This document shows, in pieces, positions 27,300-40,617 of a stretch of 64,000 nt of DNA (position 1 is the stretch's first letter; every line of letters starts with the position of its first letter). The translations under genes were made by a program, and so were the position numbers. The notes beneath the pieces were generated by a model. The model did not search any database, had not been told where the DNA came from, and saw only the letters and a program-made list of their open reading frames with translations. Source of the DNA: Chrysomallon squamiferum (Eukaryota > Animalia > Mollusca); the NCBI GenBank assembly GCA_012295275.1, contig CM022671.1, forward strand, positions 25,048,001 to 25,112,000, written 5' to 3'.

Positions 27300-27610
27300 C
27301 AGTTTTAGAGGACGTATTTAGCAAGCTAACGAAGGTACTAAAATAGTGTATTCAAAGTTAACATCTCAGAACTGGTGGGTTGGAGCACTTAACTTGTCAG
27401 GACTGGCTGCTTTTCCTCTGACTGTCATCACTGTGTGCGTAATTAAGATCGTCAGACACCAGAAAACTGCAGTTTTGTCCAACTGTTACAACAAGAGCGC
27501 TAAAGAAAGTCAAATTCGTTCATCCATAGTTAAATACCGTTATTTGCCTTTTTCCAAAATGTTTGCAAATTCCATATAGTGTTGTTATTGCTTTGGACAT
27601 AGATAAAGTC
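27300..27610 (+). pseudogene. 7TM receptor pseudogene fragment, 44043-type
   Basis: ORF 27346: TSQNWWVGALNLSGLAAFPLTVITVCVIKIVRHQKTAVLSNCYNKSAKESQIR, then degenerate. Confidence 0.85.
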
Positions 27611-27779
27611 ATAACAGACTAATTTAAACTTTTGCAGAGATAATAGTTTTAATTGTTGATTAATGATGAATAAGGTAGAATATAGCACGAATATGTAACA
27701 ATGTTTTATACAAAAAAGTTAAAGTTAATAAATATAATAGCAATATTTTGTTAATGATCTCTTTTGTGAATATTCAATA

Positions 27780-28200
27780 CCCAGAATCACCCACTTCTCC
27801 AGTATTATATTTTATTCTGTTGTTAAATTTAGCTTCTCGTATCTCACGCAGATTATCTTTTATATTGAATATCATGTGCGCCTGGATGTCTCTGACTGTA
27901 ACTGACAGTTAGGATCAAGTCTTCTGGAAATTTCATCCACTTTGTAAAATATTCCTTCTAAATAAACCCGTAACAGAGACAAAGGCTGAAGCCAAAGCCA
28001 TTACAAACATTAATTTAAATGTCACATCATTTCGACTAGAAGCTCGTTTGACACAAAGTGCCCTATGACACCGAAAAGCATCCAGGATTTAGCAACAGTC
28101 ATCACCATGAAGATGTTTTAAAAATGTCACACTGTAACACAGCTGTTTGCTATTATGGTATCCTTAGAGAAAATAGAAATATTAATTACAGTTATTACCA
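27780..28200 (-). pseudogene. Antisense 7TM receptor pseudogene with internal deletion
   Basis: Homologous to 14230-14810 (gttaggatcaagtc = DPNY region; acacaaagtgccctatgacacc = VIGHF region). Confidence 0.8.
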
Positions 28201-28407
28201 TATTTAAACCCTGTTCAAAATGAATAAGGCATTCATTCGATTTTCAAATAGAATCTTAACAGCTTTCGAGTTACGCTCGCAAAATATTAATAGATATTAA
28301 AGTATTATTTGAAAAAGGAATATATTGTTGTTCTTTATAGAAAATACCCTCGGGGATACTTCTTGTTGTTTTTTACACAAAAACTCTCTTATATGTGCGT
28401 GCGTATG

Positions 28408-28438
<31 letters not shown>

Positions 28439-28927
28439 GTGCATATGTATGTAAGTATGTCAGTATGTGTATGTATCAATCTCAATAGATGATTGGTAAT
28501 TTCATTCCTACTAATATATTACCAAAGAAACATGAAACGCCTTTTTATCTCTGTATATAATATTAAGTGCATTATAATTTTACAGTTATAATATAACGTG
28601 TTGCAAAATGGATATTAAAAACACCAGATCAGAAACCTGTAGCTTTAAATACGCATGTATCCATGTACGTAACGAGAATAAAGTTTGATCAGTTAAATGA
28701 CAGAACAGAGACGTCACAATATGTTCTCCCGGAAATTGTACGAAGTGCCTGATGACTGTCTGAATATTTCTATCGCACAATGTCCAAAGATGAGGTTAAG
28801 TACCGTATGTAGGTATGTCTGTAGGTTTGTATGTAGGTGTGTATGTGTGTATGTTTGCATATATAAATATACATACATACATACATACATATATATATAT
28901 ATACATACATACATATATATACATACA

Positions 28928-28963
<36 letters not shown>

Positions 28964-28969
28964 TATATA

Positions 28970-29460
28970 TGCCCCAACATACTAGTTTTGCTTTGAGTTG
29001 CGAGCCAATACCGAGTTACGAGCGAGTTTCAGATACGCCGCCGCTAGAACATCCGGCTAGCATCCCGCGTCTCGATCGTTTATTTCACGTGGTTACCTCT
29101 CGCGGGAGCATCTCTGTTGTGTTGTGCTCGCGTTTTATGCAGTATTTTGCCAAATGTCTTTTTTCTGATAATGGATCCTAAGATAGTGAGTGCAAAGGAC
29201 AGTGCTGAGAAGAAGAAGCGGTTAATGTCCATTGAAATAAAGCTTGAATTCACAGAAAAACATGAGGGAGGTATGCATGTAGTCGATTTGGCTAGGTAGT
29301 ACGAACACAATACTTCTACGATATGTATCATACTGAAACTGAAGAAGTCGATAAAGGCAGTAACTCCTGCCAAACGCGTTAAAATAATTTGCCTCAAGAT
29401 AAATCCACTTTACAAAACCAATTTATTTCTTTATATTACCTTTTTATATTGTTCTATACA
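28970..29460 (+). mobile_element. Tigger/pogo-family transposon remnant (second copy, opposite orientation)
   Basis: From 29171: MDPKIVSAKDSAEKKKRLMSIEIKLEFTEKHEGGMHVVDLAR*YEHNTSTICIILK, a CENP-B-type HTH with an in-frame stop. Boundaries approximate. Confidence 0.8.
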
Positions 29461-29840
29461 GTATTTGTCTCTTTGTGTGTATATCATTCTGCATACCTAC
29501 CTAACCACGTTCGTATCTCGCTTGATTATTTGTTTACCTGTGTCCACGAATGTGATGCGAAACAGTGCAATATTATTTCAAAGCAAATTCTGCCGTCCTT
29601 CTGTCTATCTATAATATTCTCTGCATAAGTGTGTATGCGTGTCTATGATTCTACATGAACATGAAGGAAAATGACGATAAATCATAAAGAGAGATTAAGT
29701 GCGGGATGTGTCAGGTTCAGAAATAAAAAATATGATCAGAAAATAAAAACCCTCCCATTTCTCTAAACGAAACGATCGTTTATTATGCATCCAATAGATA
29801 AAAACGTAATTACCTATACGTATATGTTATTTTATATTAA

Positions 29841-29874
29841 CCAATGAGAAACACAGGTAAGTAGAATATAAAAG
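29841..29874 (+). promoter_or_regulatory. CCAAT (29841) + TATAAAAG (29867); upstream TGTCAATCA deleted
   Basis: Alignment to the 15608-15688 and 22595-22675 promoters shows a deletion removing the motif. Confidence 0.65.
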
Positions 29875-30208
29875 ATGCAGAAATCACACCAAATCAGTAG
29901 TGAACCGTGTCATATTGAACTGTCAGGCGGCAAGATAGGAGATAACTTGATGATGTTATCGAGATTTTTTGAAGAAAACATGCAAAATAATAAAACAAAA
30001 CAAAAATAGAAAGAATGTAATTTTGATATGAAGAATTCGATTTTTTCATAAGGATAATTTTGAACGAAAAATCATTTTCAAAAGATATTCCCGAGAGAGG
30101 AAACATTTCATTTCTGTTTCACATGTACTACATCAGCGTGAAAACAGGAAAGTTTATATTTTGATATAAAACAGCAAGTCGTATATTAATACTGAAGAAG
30201 AAACAACG

Positions 30209-31186
30209 ATGTCGATAAACGTAACCAATTCCTCTGATGTTATATCTAAAGGTATTACTGCAGTGGGCAGTTTTATTATACTGTTTGCATTTTCAACAAG
30301 TATCTTCACACTGGTAGTTCTTGTAAAATCTGCAATGACCTCTGGAGTTACTGGTCTGTTCTTGCTTAACGAAGCTGTGTCAGACCTAATGTTTCAAATA
30401 AATACTGTAATGCATTTTATCAAGTCACAAATGGTCTTCAATTATGCTTTGGTACCTGCCTTAGCATCCGTTAAATGTTTCTCTATGATGGGGTTAAGCA
30501 TAGTTCTATGTATTGCTATATGCAACCCTTTGAAATATCTTGTTTACGTTACAGTGAAGAGAGTGAAGGTATATATTACAGTAATCTGGCTCTGGGTTCC
30601 CTTTGTGTTCTGTTACGTTTATTTAGAAGGAACATTTTACACGGTGAATGAACATTCGAAGAGACTCGATCCTAACTATACTTCAACGAACTGGTGGGTT
30701 GGCGCACTTAACATGACAGGTAGAGCTGCTATTCCTTTGACTGTGATTACTGTATGTATGATAAAAATAACCAGATATAAAAATGCTGCAATTTTAACTA
30801 ATTCTAACGTTATGCAACCAACAGAAAGCAAAATACGTTTGGCTAATTTCAACACGATCATTTTCATCACGTACGTCTTGACACAGTTGCCATTTCACGT
30901 CGTTTACTCCCTTCACATCGTTGATTCACGAGCAATGATATCAATGATTATCGGGTACTTTTTATGGAACTTGATGAAACCCGTTGGCTACTTAATTCTG
31001 ATGCGCAATTTCAGATATACCGCGATGAACATGTGTTGTCATATTTGCATAAAGAAAACAAGCGGTAAAACTACCAAGGATCCTTCAGTGAGAGCCGTGC
31101 CGACAGGAAACACAGACAAACAACAAAGTACAGAAGTTAGCGTTATAAAAACAACAGATGATTTTCAAATGACAGGAGAAAACTAA
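30209..31186 (+). CDS. Intronless atypical class A-like GPCR, 325 aa (clade A, G4)
   Basis: Colinear paralog with the same motifs. Confidence 0.92.
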   Translation: MSINVTNSSDVISKGITAVGSFIILFAFSTSIFTLVVLVKSAMTSGVTGLFLLNEAVSDLMFQINTVMHFIKSQMVFNYALVPALASVKCFSMMGLSIVLCIAICNPLKYLVYVTVKRVKVYITVIWLWVPFVFCYVYLEGTFYTVNEHSKRLDPNYTSTNWWVGALNMTGRAAIPLTVITVCMIKITRYKNAAILTNSNVMQPTESKIRLANFNTIIFITYVLTQLPFHVVYSLHIVDSRAMISMIIGYFLWNLMKPVGYLILMRNFRYTAMNMCCHICIKKTSGKTTKDPSVRAVPTGNTDKQQSTEVSVIKTTDDFQMTGEN

Positions 31187-32333
31187 TAATTACAGGAGAC
31201 AATTAAGAAGATGATTTTGTAGTTTAAATAAAACGGAGAAAAAATAATAGCTACTTTCTTTATATCTTGTTCAATCGATTAGAGAATGTCGTGAAATACT
31301 TTCTATATACCCTGGGAATAATCTATCAAAAACGAGATATATGAATGACTCAATAGTCGACTGTCTAATGTAGTATGTTCGAGAACACAGGTCTGGAATA
31401 ATATTTGATGTCTCGGTTGGTACTGTATATTTGTTTTAGACAGTTATATTAATAAACTAAAATATATGAAACGTTTATTATTAGATTACAGTTTTGAATC
31501 GTACTGAAATAATGTTTAGTATATTGCTAGACTACAGTTTAATTAAACAGTATAAAAGTAACAGAACTACTAAGTAGTTGCAGTAGTGGTAGCAGTGGGA
31601 TGGCATTTGATATATAATGATAACAATAATCATCATCTTCATTATTATCATCATCATCATAATCATCATTATTATTATTATTATTATTACTAGAAATAAT
31701 ACCTGCTGTATTAGCAGTCGCAACACTTGTAGTAGAAATAGTAGTAGTAGCAGTAGTTGCTGTTGTTGTTGTTTTTATTTTTGTTATTGTTTTAGCAATA
31801 CTAGCAATAATACTAACATTAATATATAACTATATGTTTGTATATGATTATGAATCTGGACTGAAAAATACTTCTTGAAGAGTAGAAATACTATTAAACA
31901 GGTGTTAGAAATTCGCATGAGCCTAATATACAAAAGACATTTAGTAAGAAATATATAGACTTTTCTTTTTTAATTATTTACGTAAATTATTTTCTCTCAG
32001 TCCGAGTTTGATTAAAATCTAAAGCAGAAAAGAAGATTAAAAATATATATATAATATATATTAATATTTTACAGCGTTGTTTGGATAATACTTTTGAATT
32101 TAATTTCACATTGACTGTAATCCTGAAAGCCATTTTATTAAATATTTTTATTATCGATAAATTTTGTTGTTGTGATGTAGGTTTTTTTTAATTTTTGGAG
32201 AGTAAATCCTTTCAAATGGTTTGTTATATATTTCTAAAAAAAAAATATAAAAAAAATATAAAAAATGTTTACATTTGAAATGATCAGTTTAACTTTTGTG
32301 CCGTTTTGGCTCTTTTTTTTTTTTTTTTAATTT

Positions 32334-32378
<45 letters not shown>

Positions 32379-35300
32379 TTTTTTTAATAATCCATAATCC
32401 AAATTAGCTCAATTAATGAATTGCGAAAAACTCGTGTTTTATATACTGTTCACAGAACACAGATAAAAAAAAGTAAAGATCCAACATAATTTGAAGTTAG
32501 TAATAAATATTTAATAAGAAACGTAAAAATAAAATAATAAAACGAAAAAATATTATTATTATTATTATTATTATTGTTATTATTTTTATTATTGTTATTA
32601 TTATTATTATTGTTATTGTTATTATTATTATCTTTCATATATATATATGTCAACAAAGTACTTAAGTTTATATTACCTATATCGAGGATGGAAATCAACA
32701 TAATATTATTTGGTTTGTGTACCAATGAACATAACAACATCGAATTAGCGTTATTATCTACTACGTTGTCATATAATTGTAATAAAATATTATTAATGGT
32801 ATGAGATTATTCTATTTCATTTTGTCTGTTTGTTTGTCTTCTTTTTCGCTTAGAATAAAATATTATTAATGCTAAAAAAAAAAATTGACTTTTGTTTTAT
32901 AATTAGACGTAAAGTTATACAAAGTTATTATATTTTAACTGTTTAAATAATTTACTTACAGAATCACTACGTTTTAACTCATTTACATTTTTCTACTGAC
33001 ACATTAATGTTGAACATTCAGTAAAGAGACTCAATTCAGTCTAATTAATTCCTTAAACCTAAATCCCCCTCTTACTTTGATATATGTACACGTATATGTA
33101 TATGTGTGTGTGTGTTTGTGTGGTTGTGTGTGTATATGTGTGTTAAGAAAAGACACGATTTTATAAATGTATATACCTTCCATCACAGCCCTTTCACTGT
33201 AATTTCCAGTTGCCAAGAGTAACGCAGAATTATGATTATTCTTTATATGTATTATATCATAAAATTAATTTAAAAAAAAAAAAAAAACTAATAAATGCAA
33301 GTTTCGTACTTAAAAACAAACTAAAGTGAATTTAATAAACTTGTATTTATTATTAACAAGGAAATTCTGTTCTTTACAGTTTAAGCTGATTCTACATTCA
33401 CACACAAACTGCATTATTATTATCTGAACTTTTACTTACTGAGCTAAATTAGCAGTCGTGAATATTTGTATTTACAGATCAGGGATATCGAATGTTGACT
33501 TCCATCATACTGAATTCAGACCTGTTGGTGCTGGAGTTAAAGGTTCGACAGACAAAGGAGAAAAATGAATGCATTATCGGAATGTTGGTTTTGATCAAAT
33601 GAATGATACTCTATCTGCCATTTGTAGTTGATGCCTCTTTACAGATACTGACTATTACAGTACCTTTTATTTGAAAACGCGTGGTAATTTATAATTCAGA
33701 ACAAACTAGAGATGAAGCAATCATCATTGCATTATCATATCCAAGTGATTACTATTTTACTTTTTAAATTAAAGTGCAGGTATAGGAATGTTGCAAGACG
33801 TAATTATGGTTATGAAGCTTTTATTATACCAGCAGGTAAATTGTCGAAAGAACAGTTGGCGAAAGTTTTGGTGTTGAACATAAAGTAAATATAAAACAGA
33901 ACCGAAAGAGGATATGGTTATTTCATTAATAAGTAATAAATCTATTACAAAATCTAACAGACTGATCAGACCGATCAATGTAATAGTAATGAAGAAATGG
34001 TTAATATTTTATTAAAATAATGATCCGAAGAATGAAAACAAGGCTAACACGAACTCCAGTTTCAGTTTCTTTGAGTAGTCTGTTATTTGAAAATTAAATC
34101 ATTTTAACTATTAATTTAAAACTCATTCTTACTTCTTCGCCGAGTTATGCTACCTTTTTTCAAAATATTAATCACTAATAATTTCTGATAAGTTTTTTGT
34201 TGCTGCTGTTGTTGTTGTTCTGTACGGAAGAATAATTATGTAATACTTATTAAATCCTACACAGTAAGGTTTTTTAATCTTTTTCATTTGAATTTTATTT
34301 ATATGTTATTAATCATTTCAGCTGAATCTTGTCTTTTAATCTTCATTCCAATACAATGTAATAATATTATTTTTTTTGTTCTTGTTTTCATTATAAGTTG
34401 TGTTCGGTTTCTTTCCTAATCTAAAACATTGTAAATTACTTACTTCCTGCTGACTTCTAATGAAACCTTTCTGATTTTTCTTATTAGTATTTGTTAAAGG
34501 AAGATTTAATAGTGTCTGTTTAATTTAATTTATTGACAATATTAGAATTTAAAACAAATATCGTCATTGTAACTTGTTTTGACTGAATCTTGAAAAGCAG
34601 CAGAAACATTGTAAAGATATCGATTATATATATATATATGCGTGTGTGTGTTTGGTGCGTGTCTGTGTGGTATTGAACTGTATCTGTCGTTTCCTCTCTA
34701 TTTTGAAATTCGTCAACAAATTAAATTATTTAACGATACATTAATTAGCATATAATACACGCACATACATGCATATGCAAATGTTTATATTATTTTGTAC
34801 ATTATCAAACAATGTGGACTTTACAAATAGGCTGTAAGAGTGTTCCTAACACTGATGATAGTTCATCCTATGGTCAGTGAAGTAATTCTGTGTATGCATG
34901 AAAGGTAAATGAAGGAATAAGGGTGAATGACTTTATTTACTCAGATAGTTATCATTTTTCTGTATCTAAAGATATATTGTCACTGACAGTACTGGGATAC
35001 CCTAGTCTTTGATGACAAAATAAAGACACGGACGTAAGCGTAGATATAAAATACCCTTTGTCATTTATTTGTTATATAAACTGTAACAGTAATTCTGAAG
35101 GATATATACATATAAGGAAGTAATTAGACTATAGGGAAAATGTTTACCACACTGCTGAACGTACTACTAATTATATAGACGTTTCAAGATGTAATAATTC
35201 CTTAGGCATATAATGATTTTGTATAATTTTACATCTAATTAAGAATAGTTATTCCAACGAAAAATAAGACAAACAGACAGAAAGAAATCTCACGAAAAAT

Positions 35301-36303
35301 TAGTTTAACAATAAGCACACATTCAAGAAACAACATGTGTTAGTGCGCTTTAATCAATGCCTAAATTTCTGCGTTTCACTGTCCATATATTTCCACATAA
35401 TATCAAAAATCAGATAGTTCATAAATTTCCATCGAAACTGACCAACAGCTTCAAACTGAGAATCTGAAGTCTCCAGTTCTTTTAGTCGTCATTTAGAATT
35501 GAAGATCTGTCTTCTAGAACATAGGTGCCTAAGTTCTCTTATAAAATACTGTGGAAAAGTTGAAACAAAAGGAGAAAATAGCATCAAACACTGAGTAGGT
35601 CTTTACTAATTCGATCATTAACTGATTACTTGCAAGAGTCGATTAGTTTTCTCTATTATATTCTCAATTACAAAGAAATAAAACAAAATAAAATATTTGT
35701 TACATACCTAATGACATTCAGAGACATTTAATACTGATGACAAAATATTATTAACAAATAAAGGTGTAGGATTAATTAGAAAACATATTAATTTGTCTAC
35801 ACTTCGTTAAAGAAGAGACAAGATTAAATTCACAGACAGTTATTAACTAAAGTACAAGAACTAATGACTGACATCAAGCTACTAACGAAAATAATGACAT
35901 ATCCACAAATAATTAACCATTAAAAAAACAAAAACATTATACAGATGAGTCTTTACGTTATATGAATACAGAAGAAGACATTTTACTCTCAGTATCAAGT
36001 TGTTATGTGAATCACGTTATTTGTTAAATATTATTATGTCCAATAAATGAAAAGTTTGATGAGAAAAGTAAAACGTACAAATGCTTTGATCATGTCGCTG
36101 TAGCAAAATGAAAACATCAAATCGAAGTTGCAACAAAAATGGCTATAATGGTACTTATCATAAAGAGAGACTGAACAGCAAACATAATGATAGGACGTGT
36201 CAAGATCAGAAACAAAAAATATAACAAGAAAGAAGAACCAACCCATAAGCATTAAACAAAAACCACCACTGCTGACATATCCAATAAACATATGCAGGTT
36301 ATG

Positions 36304-36383
36304 TTGTCAATCAAAATTCCAATACACAGTTTTAATTTACCTATCTTAACCAATGGGAAGAATGTGAAAGTAAAATATAAAAG
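36304..36383 (+). promoter_or_regulatory. Promoter module: TTGTCAATCA (36304), CCAAT (36350), TATAAAAG (36376)
   Basis: Conserved versus paralogs. Confidence 0.7.
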
Positions 36384-36762
36384 ATGAAAAAACCTGCGCA
36401 GAATCAGTTCTCTCACCGACTAAGTACTGAGTTACCTGTCTGAATTTCAACTGTGAGAAGATAAGATATGACATAATTCATAGAGGTGTGACCAAAGTGT
36501 TATTGTTTTGCAGGAAAATACAACAACAAAGAAGTAAAACTGATGTGGATATGAAAAATTCGATTATTTCATAAGAATAATTTTAAGCGTATAATGATTT
36601 TTAGAAGATATTTCCCAGAAACAAAGGATTTGATATTTTGAAATGCAGGTAGTTATATTTCATCATTGTTTATCTTGTGCTACATCAGTTGCAAATCCTG
36701 GAACGTTGATATTTTTATTTTAAAAAGGCAAGTGATATATTAATTCTGAGCAGGTAACAAGA

Positions 36763-37689
36763 ATGTCGGTGAACGTAACCAATACTTCCGACACTACGCT
36801 TAAAGATTTTAGAGTAGCTGGAGCCTTTGTTCTAATATTTGCATTTATCAACAACATCTTCATACTGGTAGTTCTTGTAAAATCTGCGATGACCTCTGGC
36901 GTTACTGGTCTGTTCTTGCTTAACGAAGTTGTATCAGACATAATCTTGCAAGTCGATACAGTACTGAATTTCGTCGTCACTATCATCAAGACAAATCTTA
37001 TATTAACATCGGCTTTGATGTCAGCTTTAGCATCCGTTAAATGTTTTTCTGTAATGGGATTAAGTGTAATCCTGTGTATTGCTATATGCAACCCTTTGAA
37101 ATATATAGTTTACGTTACTGTGAAGAGAGTGAAGATATATATGACAGTAATCTGGCTTTGGGTTCCCTTGGTGTTGTGTTATGTTTATTTAGAAGGAACA
37201 TTTTTCACGGTGAATGAACAATCCAACAGAGTCGATCCTAACTACACTTCAACGAACTGGTGGGTTGGGGCTCTTAACATAATAATTGCAATTGTTATTC
37301 CATTGACTGTAATTACTGTATGCATGGTAAAAATAACCAAACATCAAAAAGCTTCTGTCTTGAACAATTCTGTCATTAACAGTGCAAGAGATGGAAAGAT
37401 TCGCTTGGCGAATTTGAACACGATTATTTTCATTTTGTTCATCTTGACACAGTTACCATTTCACGTCGTTTACTCACTTCATATCGTGGATCCACTCATA
37501 CTGATATTAATGCTAATCATCTACCTTTGCTACAACTCCACGAAGCTCTTTGCTTATTTATTTCTGATGCGCAATTTCAGATATACCGCGATGAACATGT
37601 GTTGTCATGTTTGCATAAAGAAAAAAGGCGTGAAAACTACCAAGGTTCCTTCGGTGAAAAACCGTGCCACTGGAAACACAGACGTATAA
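36763..37689 (+). CDS. Intronless atypical class A-like GPCR, 308 aa (G5)
   Basis: NEVVSD, SVKCFS..ILCIAICNPLKY, TQLP, TKLFAY..RNFR; 4-aa longer ECL1 and shorter tail than G1-G4. Confidence 0.92.
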   Translation: MSVNVTNTSDTTLKDFRVAGAFVLIFAFINNIFILVVLVKSAMTSGVTGLFLLNEVVSDIILQVDTVLNFVVTIIKTNLILTSALMSALASVKCFSVMGLSVILCIAICNPLKYIVYVTVKRVKIYMTVIWLWVPLVLCYVYLEGTFFTVNEQSNRVDPNYTSTNWWVGALNIIIAIVIPLTVITVCMVKITKHQKASVLNNSVINSARDGKIRLANLNTIIFILFILTQLPFHVVYSLHIVDPLILILMLIIYLCYNSTKLFAYLFLMRNFRYTAMNMCCHVCIKKKGVKTTKVPSVKNRATGNTDV

Positions 37690-39610
37690 AACAAAAAACG
37701 ATCTTCAAGTGAGAGGAGAAGACTAATAATTACAGGAGGAAATTATGAAGATAATTCTGTTATTATAATGGAGCTGTGAGGAACGTTGACCTTCTCTGTT
37801 ATCATTTTCAGTACGAATCAGGAATAAACAGCATTGCAAATAATGCAGTTCGATCAATGTGAAAAGAGCAATTATATTCGAATAACAGAACAGATCATTG
37901 TCAAATGTAATTAATATGAAAAGCAAGGCCTGAACTATGTATATGTTTTGGTAGTGTTTGTGTTTTAGATAGAGATATTAATAAATTAATATATGTTGTA
38001 CCTTTTATGCGTTAAATTAATGCTTGGACATTTATCATTATGATCATGCAGCATCTACATCTGCATCATTATTATTTTTGTTATCATCGTTGTTATTGTT
38101 GTTATGAATATTATTGTTATTATTATTATTAAATTAGTAGTAAGAATTCTGTTAATGCATTATTATCGGTTTATTATCATTTCCGTTCTTCCTACGTTAG
38201 CTCTTAGAATATCGAGAAATTACACATATCGTTGCTAATTCATATTTGCATTGAATAGCGGTAATAGTAGTAATAGTAACAACAATAATAATAGTAATTA
38301 TTATTAGTAGTAGTAGTAGTAGTAGTACTAACAGTATATATCTATATGTTTGCATTTGATTAAGACTCTGCACTAAAAATATAATTCGTGAACTATAGAA
38401 ATGTGAAATATTTGTAAAATATTGCGTAAGCCTAATTTATGAAAAATGTTCTGCGCAGGTAGTACAAAACAGAGAATATTCAAATCCCAATATCTACACT
38501 TCCAGTGCCAGGTTTCCCAGGAAAACCCCCAGATGCACGCAAAAATGTCGAAAGACAAATAAATGTTGACTGCCATCGATTTACTGAGCAAGGTTTTTTT
38601 CTAAGTTTGTCTTCATGGTCGAACGCTAACATCACCCGCCTTCAGATTAGACTCTACACTGAACCTTACACTGATCACTTCCATTTAACCTGCAGTATTT
38701 TTATTTACTATCCGAACCTCCATAACACAAAAATGTAAATAAAATAAATAAATAATATATACGTATACGTGTACATATACACATATTTGTATCACTTAAA
38801 TATGATTTACGTTAAAATAAAAACCGATAAAAAAAAAAAAAAATTGATGAAAAATAATAATTAAGTAATGAAATGGTTTGGTAATATTCTGGTAATCCCG
38901 TCACTATAAACGAAAAAAAAACATCCATCTTGTCAGTGCCATGACTCTGTAAGACTTTCAGTGCTTTGCTGTTGACTCTGATTGCTTTGTTCTCCTTGGC
39001 AGTTTTCACTGCCCATTTCTAAGCTTCTTTCTCCAAGTCTGGCTTAACATTATTTTCAGCAATCATTTTACTGCACTGAAAGAAGAGCAAAATATTTTTT
39101 AAATTTTCTCTGCTGAATGATGTATGTATTTAATAATTAAAGGTGGTGTAAATTAAAATGAAATTAAGCAGTTTAAATGAAGTAATTTTCTTATATATAT
39201 TATTTTGTTTTGTCAGACTGTAAATGAGCAGCCTCTTTTGTTTTAATAATTAAAGCAAATTTATCTCCCTTGAGTAAAGTTTTCTATGTTGTAAAATAAT
39301 AAATTACCAAACAAACATACGCGACATCTGATTTTGTTAAAAACTTAAGGGCTTTTAGGATCACCTGATTAATTACATTTCATCCTGTTTTCCTCAATAA
39401 TACAAGTGATTACTCCTCGTATTTTTATTGATAATTTTCACAGTACTAATCACGACATGTGTATTTAATTCTGCTGAGTTATTCTCTGATTTCGATTTTT
39501 CTTCTGTTTTATACCGTCCTGTCAGATCCGTTTATACATCGTAAATTTTATTATCCTCATTTATTTTCTTTCTTTATTTCTTTTTTATTAATTTGTTATT
39601 ATTTTAAATG

Positions 39611-39651
<41 letters not shown>

Positions 39652-40509
39652 TGTTGTTGTTGTTGTCGTTTAGCTGTTGTTTTCTGTTGTTTTTGTTGTT
39701 GTTGTTGTTGTTGTTGTTACTCTTATAGTCGTCGTCATCATCATCATTCATCTTCTTTTTCTTGTTCTTTCATATATTTACTTAATTGTTTTATTTAGCA
39801 CGTGCGGATCCCTATTTTCTTTTCATTGCCAGTATTTACTGTTGTTGTCCTGATTGTTGTTCTTCTTCGTCGTCTTCTTCCTAATGACTAACAACTTTAT
39901 CTAACTTACTTTTTGAAATTCCAGATCGTCCACTGGTTAGTATCGCAGTACAAATATGTTGTAAAATATAATTTTATAACTCGCTAGCAAAGAGTTTATT
40001 GATTTAAGGGCGTCGCATACATTTATTAGTTATTTGTTTCACGGCATTGGATGTAACTGATATATATATATATAAAAATTACAAAATATGTTTGTAATGT
40101 AATTAGATATTTGAAACTAGGGCCAACGGCAACACCCAAATCGAGGCTGACATTTTCTTTTAGGTACATCTGAATAGACAAAGAAATAATCATTTTTTTT
40201 TACGTATATACGAATTTATAACTGAAATAACTATATATAATTTGTATCACAAATGTTTTGGAAGATATAAAGTATACATTATCTCGAACAAAGGATCGTT
40301 TCAAACCTCATTATATTATCGCTGATGTCACCACTGTTTCTGTTTTAATGCCTTAGGGTAACTATATCATCTTTCCTCATTGTATGTCATGATATATATA
40401 TATATAGTACAAATATTAATATCAGCCCTAAGGCATATAACATATATTAAATAACAAAAACAAAAGCAAACGTAACTTCATATAGTCTCTTCTAGCTTGG
40501 AAATGGTTT

Positions 40510-40617
<108 letters not shown>

